A stretch of DNA of 64,000 nt from Bacillota bacterium (GCA_050952625.1 JBMNLH010000001.1:416001-480000), one strand, 5' to 3'. Numbered from the stretch's first letter, positions 33,639 through 44,471 are shown. A program made the numbers and translations. Notes: generated by a model from the sequence alone, not told the origin.

Positions 33639-35051
33639 GTGCGATTAAGGCTGGGCTGGAAATTAGGGCTGACCTATATTCTGGTTGTCGTTATCGCTAT
33701 GTTAGCCTTTGGTTATCTTATTTTGCAGTATTTTGAACAGTCCTTTGTCCAGGAACGGAAAAATGCTCTTTATAGCCATGCTAATATTATTGCTAATCAA
33801 GCAGTTCCTTTGGTTCGCGAGGGTGAAGAGGGGCAACTGGCCTTTTTGGTCCGAGACTATGCTGGACGAATTGGTCATCGTTTAATACTACTTAACGCCG
33901 AAGGGAGAACAGTAGCTGATTCTGCCGGGGAGATGGATGGGGAACTGACTTCAATTTTCGAGGTTCGTCAGGCTTTGGCGGGAAAAAGCAGTGCCTCGGT
34001 CTACCACCTTACAGATTTTGGTCAGGTGCTGTACTTGACCGTACCGATAACTACAGGAAAGAACATTAGCGGGGTAGTCTTTCTGGCGGCTGATGTTAAC
34101 GATATCTTTGCCCAGTTAGGAATGATCAGATTACGCTTGATCTGGATAGGTTTAATCAGTAGTGGCCTAACCTTACTGGTCAGTTTGCTGTTGGCCCGGA
34201 TTGTGACCGTTCCGGTTGAAAGGCTGAGTACCGGGGTACAGAGAATGGCTGCCGGGGAATACGGATATCGGATCGAGGTAAAAGGTAATGATGAACTAAG
34301 TGAACTTGGCCAAGCGTTTAATGAAATGAGCCAGAAGATAAAAGAGGAAGACGAGGTCCGTAAGCAATTTATCGCCAACGCCTCGCATGAATTGCGTTCA
34401 CCCTTGGCCTCGCTGCGGGCTTCCTTGGAGTCATTTATTATTCAACGACCTGGGACCATGGAGGAATTATTCAGCCTCCTGCCTGAGCTTAACCAGGAAT
34501 TGAAAAGGCTAAGCGAGTTAGTAGACGATCTGCTCCTCCTGAGTAAGATTAAGAGCAATCGAGGAAGCCTGCAATTAGAAAACATCTCGGTAAGAGAAAT
34601 TCTAGAGGAGGTTCGAAAAAAGGTTCAGCCATTGGCGCAGAAAAGGAAGGTTGATTTGGTGATCGAAGGGCCAGGCGGGCTTTACTGGTTCTTGGATGGA
34701 GAAAAGGTTTACCGAGTGGTGTATAACCTAGCGGATAATGCAGTCAAATACTCACCCCCTCTGACTACTGTGATTATCCGATATTATCCTAAAGAGGACC
34801 ATCTAGTTCTAGAGGTAATTGATCAGGGCCAAGGTATTCCCCCTGAGGAGCGTACAAAGGTGTTTGAACGCTTCTATCGGCTTGGCCGAGCCCGGGATCG
34901 GAAGACCGGGGGAACTGGTTTAGGCTTGGCGATAGTCAAGGAAATTGTCGATTTACATGGGGGGCAAGTTGCTGTTAAAGAGAATTCTGACCGAGGCACT
35001 TGTTTATCGGTAGTATTCCCGTCGAATGATACAGAAGACCACTATATTTAA
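33639..35051 (+). CDS. HAMP-domain sensor histidine kinase
   Basis: ASHELRSP H-box, NLADNAVKY, DQGQGI, GGTGLGL. Confidence 0.95.
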   Translation: MRLRLGWKLGLTYILVVVIAMLAFGYLILQYFEQSFVQERKNALYSHANIIANQAVPLVREGEEGQLAFLVRDYAGRIGHRLILLNAEGRTVADSAGEMDGELTSIFEVRQALAGKSSASVYHLTDFGQVLYLTVPITTGKNISGVVFLAADVNDIFAQLGMIRLRLIWIGLISSGLTLLVSLLLARIVTVPVERLSTGVQRMAAGEYGYRIEVKGNDELSELGQAFNEMSQKIKEEDEVRKQFIANASHELRSPLASLRASLESFIIQRPGTMEELFSLLPELNQELKRLSELVDDLLLLSKIKSNRGSLQLENISVREILEEVRKKVQPLAQKRKVDLVIEGPGGLYWFLDGEKVYRVVYNLADNAVKYSPPLTTVIIRYYPKEDHLVLEVIDQGQGIPPEERTKVFERFYRLGRARDRKTGGTGLGLAIVKEIVDLHGGQVAVKENSDRGTCLSVVFPSNDTEDHYI

Positions 35052-35145
35052 TAATTTAGTAATAATTCGTCATCCCTTTGTAATAATCTGATTTTATAAT
35101 GTAATCGAGTACAATTAAATAAGCAACACTATCAAAACGAGGAGG

Positions 35146-35817
35146 TTGATGAAAATGAAACCTGGTCCGGTAAAACAATTTGGCCTCAGGCGGGTATTGA
35201 AAAGTGTTTTATTCCTAGGGGTAATCCTGATGCTGGTATTAGCGGCCGGTTGTTCTGGTGATCCTTCTGCCCAGGATAAACAAACTGGGAATATGCAGGG
35301 CGGGGCTGCAGACCCGGTAACCGCGGTTGATCCAAAACCGAACAGTGAAGAAGTTACTCTAAATCTTTATTTTGCGGATGATCAGGCCATGAACCTGGTT
35401 TTAGAACAGAGAACTGTGCCTAGTGAAGGCAAGTCCCTTGGGGTATTGATGATTGAGGAATTAATTAAGGGCCCTCAAAAAGCTGGTCTACACCCAACTA
35501 TTCCGTCGGAGGCAAAACTTCTTTCGCTCGAATTGGCCGATGGCGTTGCTTACGTCAATTTTTCTAAGGAAATGCAGACGAAACACTGGGGCGGCTCGAC
35601 CGGAGAATTGATTACGGTTTATTCAATCGTTTACACCTTGGCTGAGTTACCAGAAGTCGACCGCGTTCAATTTCTAATTGAAGGAAAGAAACAGGAGGCA
35701 ATCTGGGGTCATCTTGATACCATGGAGCCGGTTGATTCTAAAGAGACCGGTCACGGCCTGGGGTTGATCAAAAACCCGCCTCCAGAAGATTTACCGAGCC
35801 AGGAAAAAGCCCAATAG
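35146..35817 (+). CDS. GerMN-domain lipoprotein
   Basis: Lipobox LAAGC; LYFAD, ELIKGP, AYVNFS, VYSIVYTL, VQFLIEG. Confidence 0.9.
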   Translation: MMKMKPGPVKQFGLRRVLKSVLFLGVILMLVLAAGCSGDPSAQDKQTGNMQGGAADPVTAVDPKPNSEEVTLNLYFADDQAMNLVLEQRTVPSEGKSLGVLMIEELIKGPQKAGLHPTIPSEAKLLSLELADGVAYVNFSKEMQTKHWGGSTGELITVYSIVYTLAELPEVDRVQFLIEGKKQEAIWGHLDTMEPVDSKETGHGLGLIKNPPPEDLPSQEKAQ

Positions 35818-35855
35818 CGTGATTTATGTATGAGAAAAACACGGAGAACCCGGTT

Positions 35856-36170
35856 TTAATCCGGGTTCTCAATGTTTGTTTGCTGAATGGTAATCTGCAG
35901 GGTATTTAACTGAGGCCGGGAAAAGTTTATAGCTTGCACTTCCGCAAAGGAAAGGGTAGTTACTCTCGCCGGGTTATCCTCAGCCCAATAGAATTCAAGG
36001 ACCAAATTTTCAGGATTCTCTATTATTTCGACATAGTTGGCAGCGCAATCGACCGTTCCGCGCTCGAATATAATCTTAATGTGATAATCTTCTTTCAGAT
36101 TGATCGAATAGATCGGGTTAATTCGGACTAATTCTATTCCTTCATCAGCCGTAATAGTAGTGGCTGTCAT
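35856..36170 (-). CDS. Hypothetical protein
   Basis: GGGGAG SD before ATG 36170; about 104 aa. Confidence 0.55.
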   Translation of the reverse strand: MTATTITADEGIELVRINPIYSINLKEDYHIKIIFERGTVDCAANYVEIIENPENLVLEFYWAEDNPARVTTLSFAEVQAINFSRPQLNTLQITIQQTNIENPD

Positions 36171-36398
36171 GAACAACTCCCCCAATCAACAAGTTAATTT
36201 CAGTCTAGAATATTCTTGAGGAAGTATTAAGTTGAAGGAAATCGCTAGAAACTAAGATAATTAAATACTTTTGGGGTTTTCGATTAAATTCTCATTGTTT
36301 ATAGTAATCGTTGTTCGGTTGTTTTGCCCAATAGGTAGCTTCAAATGGATATTATATTTTTGGGTTTATCTAATTAATCGGTATATTTCTTTAAAGCG

Positions 36399-36635
36399 TT
36401 AATAGTTTTTAATTCTTTTCACTTCTTTAGCCCAGGAAATACGATGGCAGGCCGGACACCGTAAGAGTTTCATATTGGGCGGTCTTTTTGGGCTTATTCG
36501 ATTGGTTAACCAGGATATCTCAAAAATAGTGTTACAATGATCACATTTCCAATCATAAGTCCATTTATTGTGGTTAAACAACAGATATAAACCGGCTAAT
36601 AATAGGATTAATAAAAACCAGTGCATAGTGTGCAA
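36399..36635 (-). CDS. Small membrane-anchored zinc-ribbon protein
   Basis: N-terminal TM, CxxC...CPAC; GAGGAGG SD. Confidence 0.7.
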   Translation of the reverse strand: MHTMHWFLLILLLAGLYLLFNHNKWTYDWKCDHCNTIFEISWLTNRISPKRPPNMKLLRCPACHRISWAKEVKRIKNY

Positions 36636-36801
36636 TACCTCCTCTATTCAGTATAGCATATTGCCAATAACTGAAGGTAATTTAAAAATTGAATTCACTA
36701 TACAATTTGTTTACAATAATAATTTCGGAATATATAATGACTTATTAGAGGAATGAAAAATATACTGATCACAGCAAACTGAGTAGGAGAGCAAGACGGA
36801 A

Positions 36802-37722
36802 ATGAAAATCTATCGAAGTATTCTTGAGATTGTCGGCAACACGCCAATAGTATCTCTTAATAAGGTGACGAATGGCTGTTCAGCAGATATTTACGCGAAA
36901 TTGGAAATGTTTAATCCGAGCGGGAGTGCTAAAGCCCGAGCTGCTCTAGGCATGATCGAAGATGCCGAACAAAAAGGGATTATTCGACCGGGAGAGACAA
37001 CCATTATTGAACCAACCAGCGGCAATCAGGGGATTGGCCTGGCCATGGTCGGAGCAGTCAAAGGCTATCGGGTTATTGTCGTCATGCCAGATACCATGAG
37101 CAAGGAACGTCAGGATTTGGTTAAGGCTTATGGGGCTGAGGTTGTATTGAGCAAAGGGGAAGAAGATATCCAGGGAGCAGTTAACTTAGCGAATGAGCTA
37201 CTACGGCAATATGCTAATTCCTGGATGCCTAATCAGTTTGGCAATCCAGCCAACCCTGATTTTCATGCTCAAACCACGGCCCAAGAGATTTTGGGGCAAA
37301 TGGATGAAGTCGATGCTTATATCGCCGGGGTTGGCACTGGCGGGACCTTAACCGGGGTAGCCCGGGTGCTAAAGAAGAAATTCCCGGCAATTCAGGTCTT
37401 TGCTGTAGAACCCAAACAATCAGCCGTCATTTCCGGCAATCCCCCGGGGAGTCACCGAATTCAGGGAATCGGCGATGGGTTCATTCCCGAAAACCTGGAC
37501 ATGAGTGTGGTCGATGGCGCGCTCGCTGTTGACGAGAATGAAGCGATTGACATGACCCGCCGGCTAGCGATGGAGGAAGGCATATTAGCCGGGATTTCCA
37601 GCGGGGCTGCAGTAGTGGCTGCGATAAAGGTCGGCCAGATACTAGGCCAAGGAAAAAAGGTTCTGACTTTACTGCCGGATACCGGGGAAAGGTATTTGAG
37701 TACCCGAATCTTCGAGCGATAG
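36802..37722 (+). CDS. cysK: Cysteine synthase A
   Basis: KLEMFNPSGSAK, EPTSGNQG, GVGTGGT, HRIQGIG, GISSGA, PDTGERYLS. Confidence 0.92.
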   Translation: MKIYRSILEIVGNTPIVSLNKVTNGCSADIYAKLEMFNPSGSAKARAALGMIEDAEQKGIIRPGETTIIEPTSGNQGIGLAMVGAVKGYRVIVVMPDTMSKERQDLVKAYGAEVVLSKGEEDIQGAVNLANELLRQYANSWMPNQFGNPANPDFHAQTTAQEILGQMDEVDAYIAGVGTGGTLTGVARVLKKKFPAIQVFAVEPKQSAVISGNPPGSHRIQGIGDGFIPENLDMSVVDGALAVDENEAIDMTRRLAMEEGILAGISSGAAVVAAIKVGQILGQGKKVLTLLPDTGERYLSTRIFER

Positions 37723-37736
37723 TGATTTGACTGATT

Positions 37737-37853
37737 TTTATCCGAGTCTAAAAAAACCCGACTGCTATGAGCGGGGGTACCTTGTTCAAACTTCAGGTGG
37801 AGGAAAAGTCTCCACCTGAAGCCCCGATGTTCAGCAAAGCTGGACGAGTTCAC
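37737..37853 (+). mobile_element. IS200/IS605-like MITE copy C
   Basis: TTTAT|CCGAG...CCACCTGAAGCCCCGATGTTCAGCAAAGCTGGACGAGTTCAC. Confidence 0.7.
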
Positions 37854-37857
37854 TAGT

Positions 37858-37974
37858 TTAGCAACTAAACCGTCGGCAGAAGCAGCACTGAATTACCAAT
37901 AAAATGGCGATACAAAAAGCCAGATTATTGAAACAACCTCCGCCGAAGAATCCGCCGCCTTGAATATCTGTCAC
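37858..37974 (-). CDS. 38-aa Gly/Cys-rich hydrophobic micropeptide (not in ORF track)
   Basis: AGGAGGGA SD, GTG start; MTDIQGGGFFGGGCFNNLAFCIAILLVIQCCFCRRFSC; sigma-K-like promoter 38017-38045. Confidence 0.75.
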   Translation of the reverse strand: MTDIQGGGFFGGGCFNNLAFCIAILLVIQCCFCRRFSC

Positions 37975-38208
37975 TTAACATCCCTCCTGTTTTTCTTGGT
38001 AGCTGTTTTTTTAATATATAGTATTGAGGCACTAGCTAAAGTGTGAAGATTTCTATTATTAATTTTTAAAAAGTGAATAATGGATAACATGAAGTTTATT
38101 ATCCCTATACCTATTATTTTCATTTTTACTAGCTGGTTAAATTAGGGGCTTCCTATGATCACCCCGGATTGAGTACAATAAAGATGATGGATTGGGTCGA
38201 GGAGGACG

Positions 38209-38895
38209 ATGGATCAATTGAGTAGGACTCTAGTTGTCGGCGACATTCATGGCTGTTATACTCTCTTGGTTAAAGCTCTCAAACAAGCAAATTACCAACC
38301 AGGTTTGGACCGTCTGATCTTCCTGGGTGACTACATTGATCGGGGATATGAGTCGGCGAAGGTGGTGAAGCTGGTCAAAGAATTGGTGACTGAGGGTGCG
38401 ATTGCCCTGATGGGCAACCACGAGCAGATGCTGTTAGATACTATTAGAAATTGGGAAGAAAAGAGAGATTACTGGTTTTTGAACGGGGGAAAGCAGACCC
38501 TCCTGAGTTATGGTGTGGAATTATCAAAAGTAAGAGAAGAGGAGGCGGTTAAGCAGGCGGTTCCCCGCGAACACCTTGATTTTTTCCAATCACTTCCCTT
38601 GTATTTAGAAGACGATGAATATATTTATTGTCATGCTGGAATCAGACCCGGGGTACCGCTGGAAAAGCAAACCAGGGATGACCTGCTGTGGATTCGGGAG
38701 AGCTTTTTAACTTCGCCCTATCAGGGCAAGACTATTATCTTCGGGCACACGCCAACTATGTTGATTGATGGGCACGGGATAGCTGAGGTTTACCGACGCG
38801 AGAATAAGATCGGTATTGATACCGGGGCTTATTTTTCAGGAATGCTTACGGTATTGCAACTGTCTTCAAATACATACCACAGAAAGAGCGCCTAG
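38209..38895 (+). CDS. PPP-family Ser/Thr metallophosphatase
   Basis: GDIHG, GDYIDRG, GNHE, HAG, FGHT, IDTG. Confidence 0.92.
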   Translation: MDQLSRTLVVGDIHGCYTLLVKALKQANYQPGLDRLIFLGDYIDRGYESAKVVKLVKELVTEGAIALMGNHEQMLLDTIRNWEEKRDYWFLNGGKQTLLSYGVELSKVREEEAVKQAVPREHLDFFQSLPLYLEDDEYIYCHAGIRPGVPLEKQTRDDLLWIRESFLTSPYQGKTIIFGHTPTMLIDGHGIAEVYRRENKIGIDTGAYFSGMLTVLQLSSNTYHRKSA

Positions 38896-38986
38896 TCACA
38901 TTTGTCATTGCCGTTTTGGAAGACAATGCTTATTCCTGCCGTCCCACTGAACTGGATTGTTGTGGATCGGAAAGGGGGCAAATCAA

Positions 38987-39424
38987 ATGATTTGGCGCGA
39001 TACTTTTTTTACCTTTGTTGACCTTAATCAGAATCAGCCCACATCAGTTAGTGAATTTAATCGGATTGTGACTTCTAAGCGAAATCGGGTGTTGGCCGCA
39101 GTAAAAGTCGAATATCAGGAGGAGAATGAAACTTATCTAACTTATTGTCTGATCCTGAAACCTTTATTTGAGTCCCTCAATTTTAACGGAACGACTAATG
39201 CGGTTGTTTATTATATTGGAGCCAAAGGCGCGGAGACATCGAGTTTCAACGAGCAAATCATGAAAATTATCACCCAAACCCAGGTCAAACTGGTCGAGGC
39301 TTTACCTGATCCTCCCCGCACCTCGCGCGAAAAACTGCTAACACCCTGGGTGGGGACGCTCAACAAAAATCAGTGGCACCAATTCTTAGAGAGAAAAATT
39401 AAGGAATTGAGAGAACAACTGTAA
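38987..39424 (+). CDS. Hypothetical protein
   Basis: AAGGGGG SD before ATG; about 145 aa. Confidence 0.6.
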   Translation: MIWRDTFFTFVDLNQNQPTSVSEFNRIVTSKRNRVLAAVKVEYQEENETYLTYCLILKPLFESLNFNGTTNAVVYYIGAKGAETSSFNEQIMKIITQTQVKLVEALPDPPRTSREKLLTPWVGTLNKNQWHQFLERKIKELREQL

Positions 39425-39464
39425 CAGCCACGGGGACGGTTCTTGTGGCCGGTTTAACTCTAAA

Positions 39465-39645
39465 GTGAACTCGTTCAGCTTCGCTGAACATCGAGGCTTC
39501 CAGATGGTAACTCTACTCCACCTGAAGTTTAATTAAAGAAAACTTGGCTTACGCCAAGCCTTTGGCGCAGGCGGAAGCTCTAGTTGCACATACTTATAAT
39601 TAGATTATGCAAGGTAACCCCCACTTATAGAAGTGGGGGTCTTTT
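39465..39645 (-). mobile_element. IS200/IS605-like MITE copy D with about 78-bp nested insert, flanked by GGGGACGGTTC REP-like units
   Basis: GTGAACTCGTTCAGCTTCGCTGAAC...GAAGTTTA [insert] CAAGGTAACCCCCACTTATAGAAGTGGGGGTCTT. Confidence 0.7.
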
Positions 39646-39954
39646 AATGACCACGGGGACTTGGTTTTGGCAAGTAACCAGGGGCGGTTAACCCGAGAAT
39701 AAGACATCAACTTCGGCTGCCTTCTGAGCAGAGCGAAAAGCCCATCTTCAGGTTGACTAATGTCGATGAAACTACCTTTGGTTCAGCAAAAAACCAGAGA
39801 TTCTTGTCCTTCAGGCTGATTAATGTCGACGTAACTATAGCAGTTGAACAATGAAAAATGTTAACAACTCCGGGATAGGTCGTGAAAAGAATACAAAAAC
39901 TAAACCTTGGAATTCTAAGAACAGTGACACCTTGTCAAAGGAGGTTTGAAGTAA

Positions 39955-42186
39955 ATGCGGCATACGGTCAGGATTCATTATGATAATAAGAAGGAATTTG
40001 TCGAGCCGTTAATGTGGGTCTGGGTGAGCGATGGAGCCACTTTGGAAAGGGAGATTACCCCTTCGGGCCAGGATGATTTTGGGGTCTACTATGATCTGAA
40101 CTATAATCGGAGCAGTTTTCATTTTCGTTTTAAGGATGGTCAGGGAGTGGGAGCGATTTGGGAAGATGAATCCCTGAATCGTTACTACAGCCAACATCTG
40201 GGCCCAGAAATCTGGTCCATGGCGGACCGGCACAATCTTTATCCAGTCCGGCCAGCTGAACCAGTGGGTAATGTCCGAGCCTATTATGATGAAATCAAAC
40301 ACCTGATTCTCAAGGATAATTTTTATTTTCCTCAAACAGACGTCAGCGGTCTCGGTATTCCCTCCATGCTGGGAGCAAATCTGTTAGCCGACGGCTCAAT
40401 TCTGTTTGGGTTTTTTCATCCTCGGGCGGCCCGGGTCTATTTGACCGGAACGTTTAATGATTTTCAGTGCCCCGGCCACTCGAACCCTGAGCCCGATAAA
40501 TTTATTGAAATGAAGTTGTACCGGGGCTTTTACTACCAGCCGAACATCTGGCTAGCCCGCATTGTTCCGCCTGAGCCAGGGACCCGGATTGAGTATAAGT
40601 TTTATGTGCAAGGGGGGTTAGGGGGAGGAGTCACGGAGAAGTATGTGACCGACCCTTATACCCGGGTGTTCAGCGATGACTTCCTGCACCGTAACTCGGT
40701 TGTGGTCGATCCAACACGTTTTTCCTGGACTGATTCGAAGTGGCAAACGCCCCCGGTTCAGGACCTGATTCTTTATGAACTTAACATCTATGGCTTTACC
40801 GATAATGACCCGGACATCCCAGATGAACATCAGGGTACTTTTAAGGGAGTCACTCATCGCATTCGCCACGGTTATTTTAATGACTTAGGCGTAACCGTGA
40901 TCGCCTTGATGCCCACTGCCGAGGTCCCCCAAAAAAGGGGCCTAGGCTATGAACCTTGTACTTTTATGGCCGTAGAAAAGGATTTCGGCACCCCGGATGA
41001 TTTTCGGGAAATGGTCAATGAGGCCCATAACCATGGCCTGGCGGTCATTATTGATCAGGTTTTTAATCACACCTCCAATGACTTTAACCCACTGTGGGAC
41101 CTGATTGATGACCAGTCAGGCGAGGGTGGTTTTTATTTTGCCGGAAAAACCATGTGGGGCAATAAGGTAGCCACCGGTAAGGACGAGGTTGACAATATGC
41201 TGGTTGATTCCTGCAAATTGTTTATTAAGGAATACCATATTGATGGATTCCGCTTTGATGCCACGCATAGTTTCTTTCTCAATCATAAGCTGCTGCACCG
41301 GGTGGCGCATGAAATTAAGGATACCGGTTTTAAACCGGATGCGATCCTGATTGCCGAGAATCTGCCGAATGAACCGGATCTTAACTTAGAGGGCTATAAC
41401 GGATATGCTCAATGGTCAAATATCTTCCATGATAAGATCAAGGCCCTGTTACGGGAGGGACGTTTTGAAGGAGCCGATAACTCACCCGCCAATTTAGGAA
41501 CAGCTTTTTATTTCGGCAAAGACAGTTTTGCGGCCCATACCAATAATGTCATTAATTACTGCGAAAGCCATGATGAAAACAGTGTCCAATTTGAAGTAGC
41601 CACCGGCGGGCCGCATCTGCAAGATCAACAAATAAAAAACCGCAAGGCTAGATTAGGCATGCTTTCAACGGTCGTCGCCCTGGGTCAGCCGATGATTTAT
41701 ATGGGGCAAGAATACGGCGTGGAACGGGAACGCAATCGAATCGATGTGGATTGGCTTAAACATGATGAAACCAGCCAGTTTTACCAATGGACCAAGGGAT
41801 TATTTCATCTGCGCCGGCGTTATCCGGGATTAAAACTAAACGGTTATAACCCGGCAGACGAGGGTTTGTTCACCTGGGTCATCGGGCCGTGGCTGGGAGA
41901 TAACCGGGGTGGGGGCCACCGGGTGATCGGCTGGCGAACCCATGATCAGGGAGATCCCTGGGAGAGGATTCTGGTCCTGCTAAACTTCGAGGGTAAAGAT
42001 ATGACGGTCGATCTGGACCTTAACCCCGGCCGCTGGATTAAGCTAGCGGATATTGAGCAGGTAAACGACATTCCACCAATCGGCAGCAAAGGGCTGAATG
42101 ACTGGGACAACCTGAATACAGACGGACAATTCCAAAACTTTGTTCTGCCGCCTTATAGTGGATTTATTTACAAATACGAACCCTAA
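39955..42186 (+). CDS. GH13 alpha-amylase family glucan-processing enzyme with CBM48
   Basis: LYELNI, DQVFNH, GFRFDATH, IAENLP, ESHDE, PMIYMGQE. Confidence 0.9.
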   Translation: MRHTVRIHYDNKKEFVEPLMWVWVSDGATLEREITPSGQDDFGVYYDLNYNRSSFHFRFKDGQGVGAIWEDESLNRYYSQHLGPEIWSMADRHNLYPVRPAEPVGNVRAYYDEIKHLILKDNFYFPQTDVSGLGIPSMLGANLLADGSILFGFFHPRAARVYLTGTFNDFQCPGHSNPEPDKFIEMKLYRGFYYQPNIWLARIVPPEPGTRIEYKFYVQGGLGGGVTEKYVTDPYTRVFSDDFLHRNSVVVDPTRFSWTDSKWQTPPVQDLILYELNIYGFTDNDPDIPDEHQGTFKGVTHRIRHGYFNDLGVTVIALMPTAEVPQKRGLGYEPCTFMAVEKDFGTPDDFREMVNEAHNHGLAVIIDQVFNHTSNDFNPLWDLIDDQSGEGGFYFAGKTMWGNKVATGKDEVDNMLVDSCKLFIKEYHIDGFRFDATHSFFLNHKLLHRVAHEIKDTGFKPDAILIAENLPNEPDLNLEGYNGYAQWSNIFHDKIKALLREGRFEGADNSPANLGTAFYFGKDSFAAHTNNVINYCESHDENSVQFEVATGGPHLQDQQIKNRKARLGMLSTVVALGQPMIYMGQEYGVERERNRIDVDWLKHDETSQFYQWTKGLFHLRRRYPGLKLNGYNPADEGLFTWVIGPWLGDNRGGGHRVIGWRTHDQGDPWERILVLLNFEGKDMTVDLDLNPGRWIKLADIEQVNDIPPIGSKGLNDWDNLNTDGQFQNFVLPPYSGFIYKYEP

Positions 42187-42290
42187 ATCTGGTCAGCCTG
42201 TTTTCAGTTTAGCCGCATACCGTTAAGCAATCCTAGGAGAAAATGAAAATACGACTGAGTAAACCACCAACGTCGTTGAGGAGGAGTCTT

Positions 42291-44246
42291 ATGAAGGACG
42301 TTTATGTAGTTTTAGCGTTTCACGCTCATGAAATGATCTGGGATCTGCCGGAGATCCTAACGTCTTACCTGGATGATGGCAACCCGATGAAGGAGACCGT
42401 CTTCGAAGAAAACTATCTGAAAAAACGGCATGAGGAAGGACGAGATATTTATTCTTTGTGCAGTGAATTTGGCGATCGGCTGGATGCCCCCCTGTGTGTC
42501 GAGTATACCAATGAACTGTTATTTCAAATCAAAGACGTTATGCCGAGTACCTTTGAGAAAATGAAAAAAGATTACCAACGCGGCCGGCTGTACCCCTTGT
42601 ACGGTCATGCGCACCATACCCATATTGCTTTACTAAACGCAGAGGAAATGACTCAGGAGGTGGTCTGGAATAAAGAGTACCTCCACAATGTGATGGGTGT
42701 GCCATATCCAAAATACCCGGGGCTTTTTCCGACCGAGGACTCTCTTGATTACCAGAAATTAGCCGGGATTAGCGAGTCAAATATTAGTTATGTTATTTTT
42801 CCTCACCTGCGGCCAGGGAAAGTGCCTTATACGGTTGAGGGAGAAGGGGACATAACCTACAAACCTTTTTTGATTCAGACGGACAAGCAGAATCTATTGG
42901 CCTTTCCCCGCAATTTTCCTATTTCCCAGGAAATATGGTGCCCAATTACTAAAATGAAGCGGGATGAAGTTAAATTTCAAGGGTATATGCTCGGGACCTA
43001 CCCGGTGTTTTACAACGAGTATCTAAATCAGGAAAAAGAAGGGTTTCCCATTTCTTTAGAAGAGGGAGTAGAAATCTACAAAAAAGTCTTACAGACAGAA
43101 CTGGAGAAGGCCCCGGATAAAGCGGTGTTGGTGTATGTCCAGGACCTGGAGTTGATGGATTTTGGCGATATTGCTTTGGAAATAATGGAGAAGGCCTGGC
43201 AGGATATTATTCACCAGGAAGCAAAAAATATTAAGATTCATTTTATCACGCCTGATCAGTATATTGACGAGGTTCTGGGCAAACAAAATATCCGCCACCT
43301 GCCCCGGGTAAAATTTGAGCAGGTTTGCTGGGCCCCAGAAATCAGGCTTATCCTGCGGACTGATGGGCACTATCCGCCCATCGGGGTTACCGGCGTAGGC
43401 CGGTATGATCTGGAAAAAACCGGCGTCTATCACAAACCCCTTATTTTTTGGGAAAACGGAAAATACTTTTGTCGAATTTTTGAGACCTTGATGGCCAACT
43501 TAAATATCACCATACAGGTCCCAATTGGGGCCGAGCAATTGGATACACTCCAGTATCATTTAGATAAATTAGATTTACGGGCCCAAGCAGTAATGTATTT
43601 GCGGCTGATAAAAAGGGCCTGTAATTGGGGCTGGCGACCTACTGAAGGGAGACAGAAACGGCCCTGCCTAAAAGGTTTTCTTTTAGGCCAGGTTCTGCTT
43701 CGCTTGTTGACCGAGTCATCACCTGAATTGATTCTAAACCGGGAGATGAAGGAAATTGATCCACGAAATCTGGTGGGGATCATTGAGGTGCTGCGGGCTT
43801 TTATTGATAATCGGGTGAAGTACCTGAAGTATGGCCTGACCAAGCTGACCCAGGAAAAACCTGGTGTTGATTTAACCGAGGCTTACGCTGAGTTTCCTTT
43901 AGTCGAGGTCTGGAAGAAAAAAGCGGTGGATAGCGTTCGGCAGATGTACCGTGTCTCGATTAGTGATTTAGAGCCAGTGGAAAAAACGCGGGAGATAATC
44001 AGAGGGATGCAGGATTACTGTCAGGCCTTGTTCATCGCCACCGAGCATATTCAACGGTGCTGGGCTAAAGCCGAACATATGGAGTTCTTAGTGGAAAAAA
44101 TGTATGAGTATCTTTATGACCTGTACCCCCCAATGTTCCCGGCGATGGTTACGCAAATTGATGCCATGAGTCAGGAGGAGGTTCAGCAATACTTTGCCCG
44201 ATTAGAACAGGAGGATCAACAGCCAAATGTACTGGCGGCAAAATAA
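42291..44246 (+). CDS. GH57/GH38-like glycoside hydrolase
   Basis: AFHAHE, GHAHHTH, LFPTEDS, QDLELMDF; ATG after GAGGAGGAG. Confidence 0.65.
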   Translation: MKDVYVVLAFHAHEMIWDLPEILTSYLDDGNPMKETVFEENYLKKRHEEGRDIYSLCSEFGDRLDAPLCVEYTNELLFQIKDVMPSTFEKMKKDYQRGRLYPLYGHAHHTHIALLNAEEMTQEVVWNKEYLHNVMGVPYPKYPGLFPTEDSLDYQKLAGISESNISYVIFPHLRPGKVPYTVEGEGDITYKPFLIQTDKQNLLAFPRNFPISQEIWCPITKMKRDEVKFQGYMLGTYPVFYNEYLNQEKEGFPISLEEGVEIYKKVLQTELEKAPDKAVLVYVQDLELMDFGDIALEIMEKAWQDIIHQEAKNIKIHFITPDQYIDEVLGKQNIRHLPRVKFEQVCWAPEIRLILRTDGHYPPIGVTGVGRYDLEKTGVYHKPLIFWENGKYFCRIFETLMANLNITIQVPIGAEQLDTLQYHLDKLDLRAQAVMYLRLIKRACNWGWRPTEGRQKRPCLKGFLLGQVLLRLLTESSPELILNREMKEIDPRNLVGIIEVLRAFIDNRVKYLKYGLTKLTQEKPGVDLTEAYAEFPLVEVWKKKAVDSVRQMYRVSISDLEPVEKTREIIRGMQDYCQALFIATEHIQRCWAKAEHMEFLVEKMYEYLYDLYPPMFPAMVTQIDAMSQEEVQQYFARLEQEDQQPNVLAAK

Positions 44247-44281
44247 GGATACTCTTACCCTCGCCGCCAGTGTTCCTTGAT

Positions 44282-44447
44282 GAGGCTGATCGTCAAGTGC
44301 TGGCCGGTGCTAACGATAACACTGAAGAGATCAGGCAGGCTTTACTCGAAGCTGATCGTCAAGTGCTGGCCGGTGTTAACGATAACACTGAAGAGATCGG
44401 GCAGGCTTTACTCGAAGCTGATCGTCAAGCATTAACCGGTGTTAACC
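44282..44447. repeat. 66-bp tandem repeat x2.5 between convergent genes
   Basis: Units start at 44282, 44348 and 44414. Confidence 0.9.
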
Positions 44448-44471
44448 GCAAGGTAGGTAGGCTATCGCCCT

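Noticed and set aside
39746-39837. Two 29-bp imperfect direct repeats 63 bp apart as a mini-CRISPR
   Set aside because: Only two diverged units, no leader or adjacent cas genes; more likely operator sites or repeat debris.
44282-44447. CRISPR array
   Set aside because: The would-be spacers are identical, so it is a tandem repeat.
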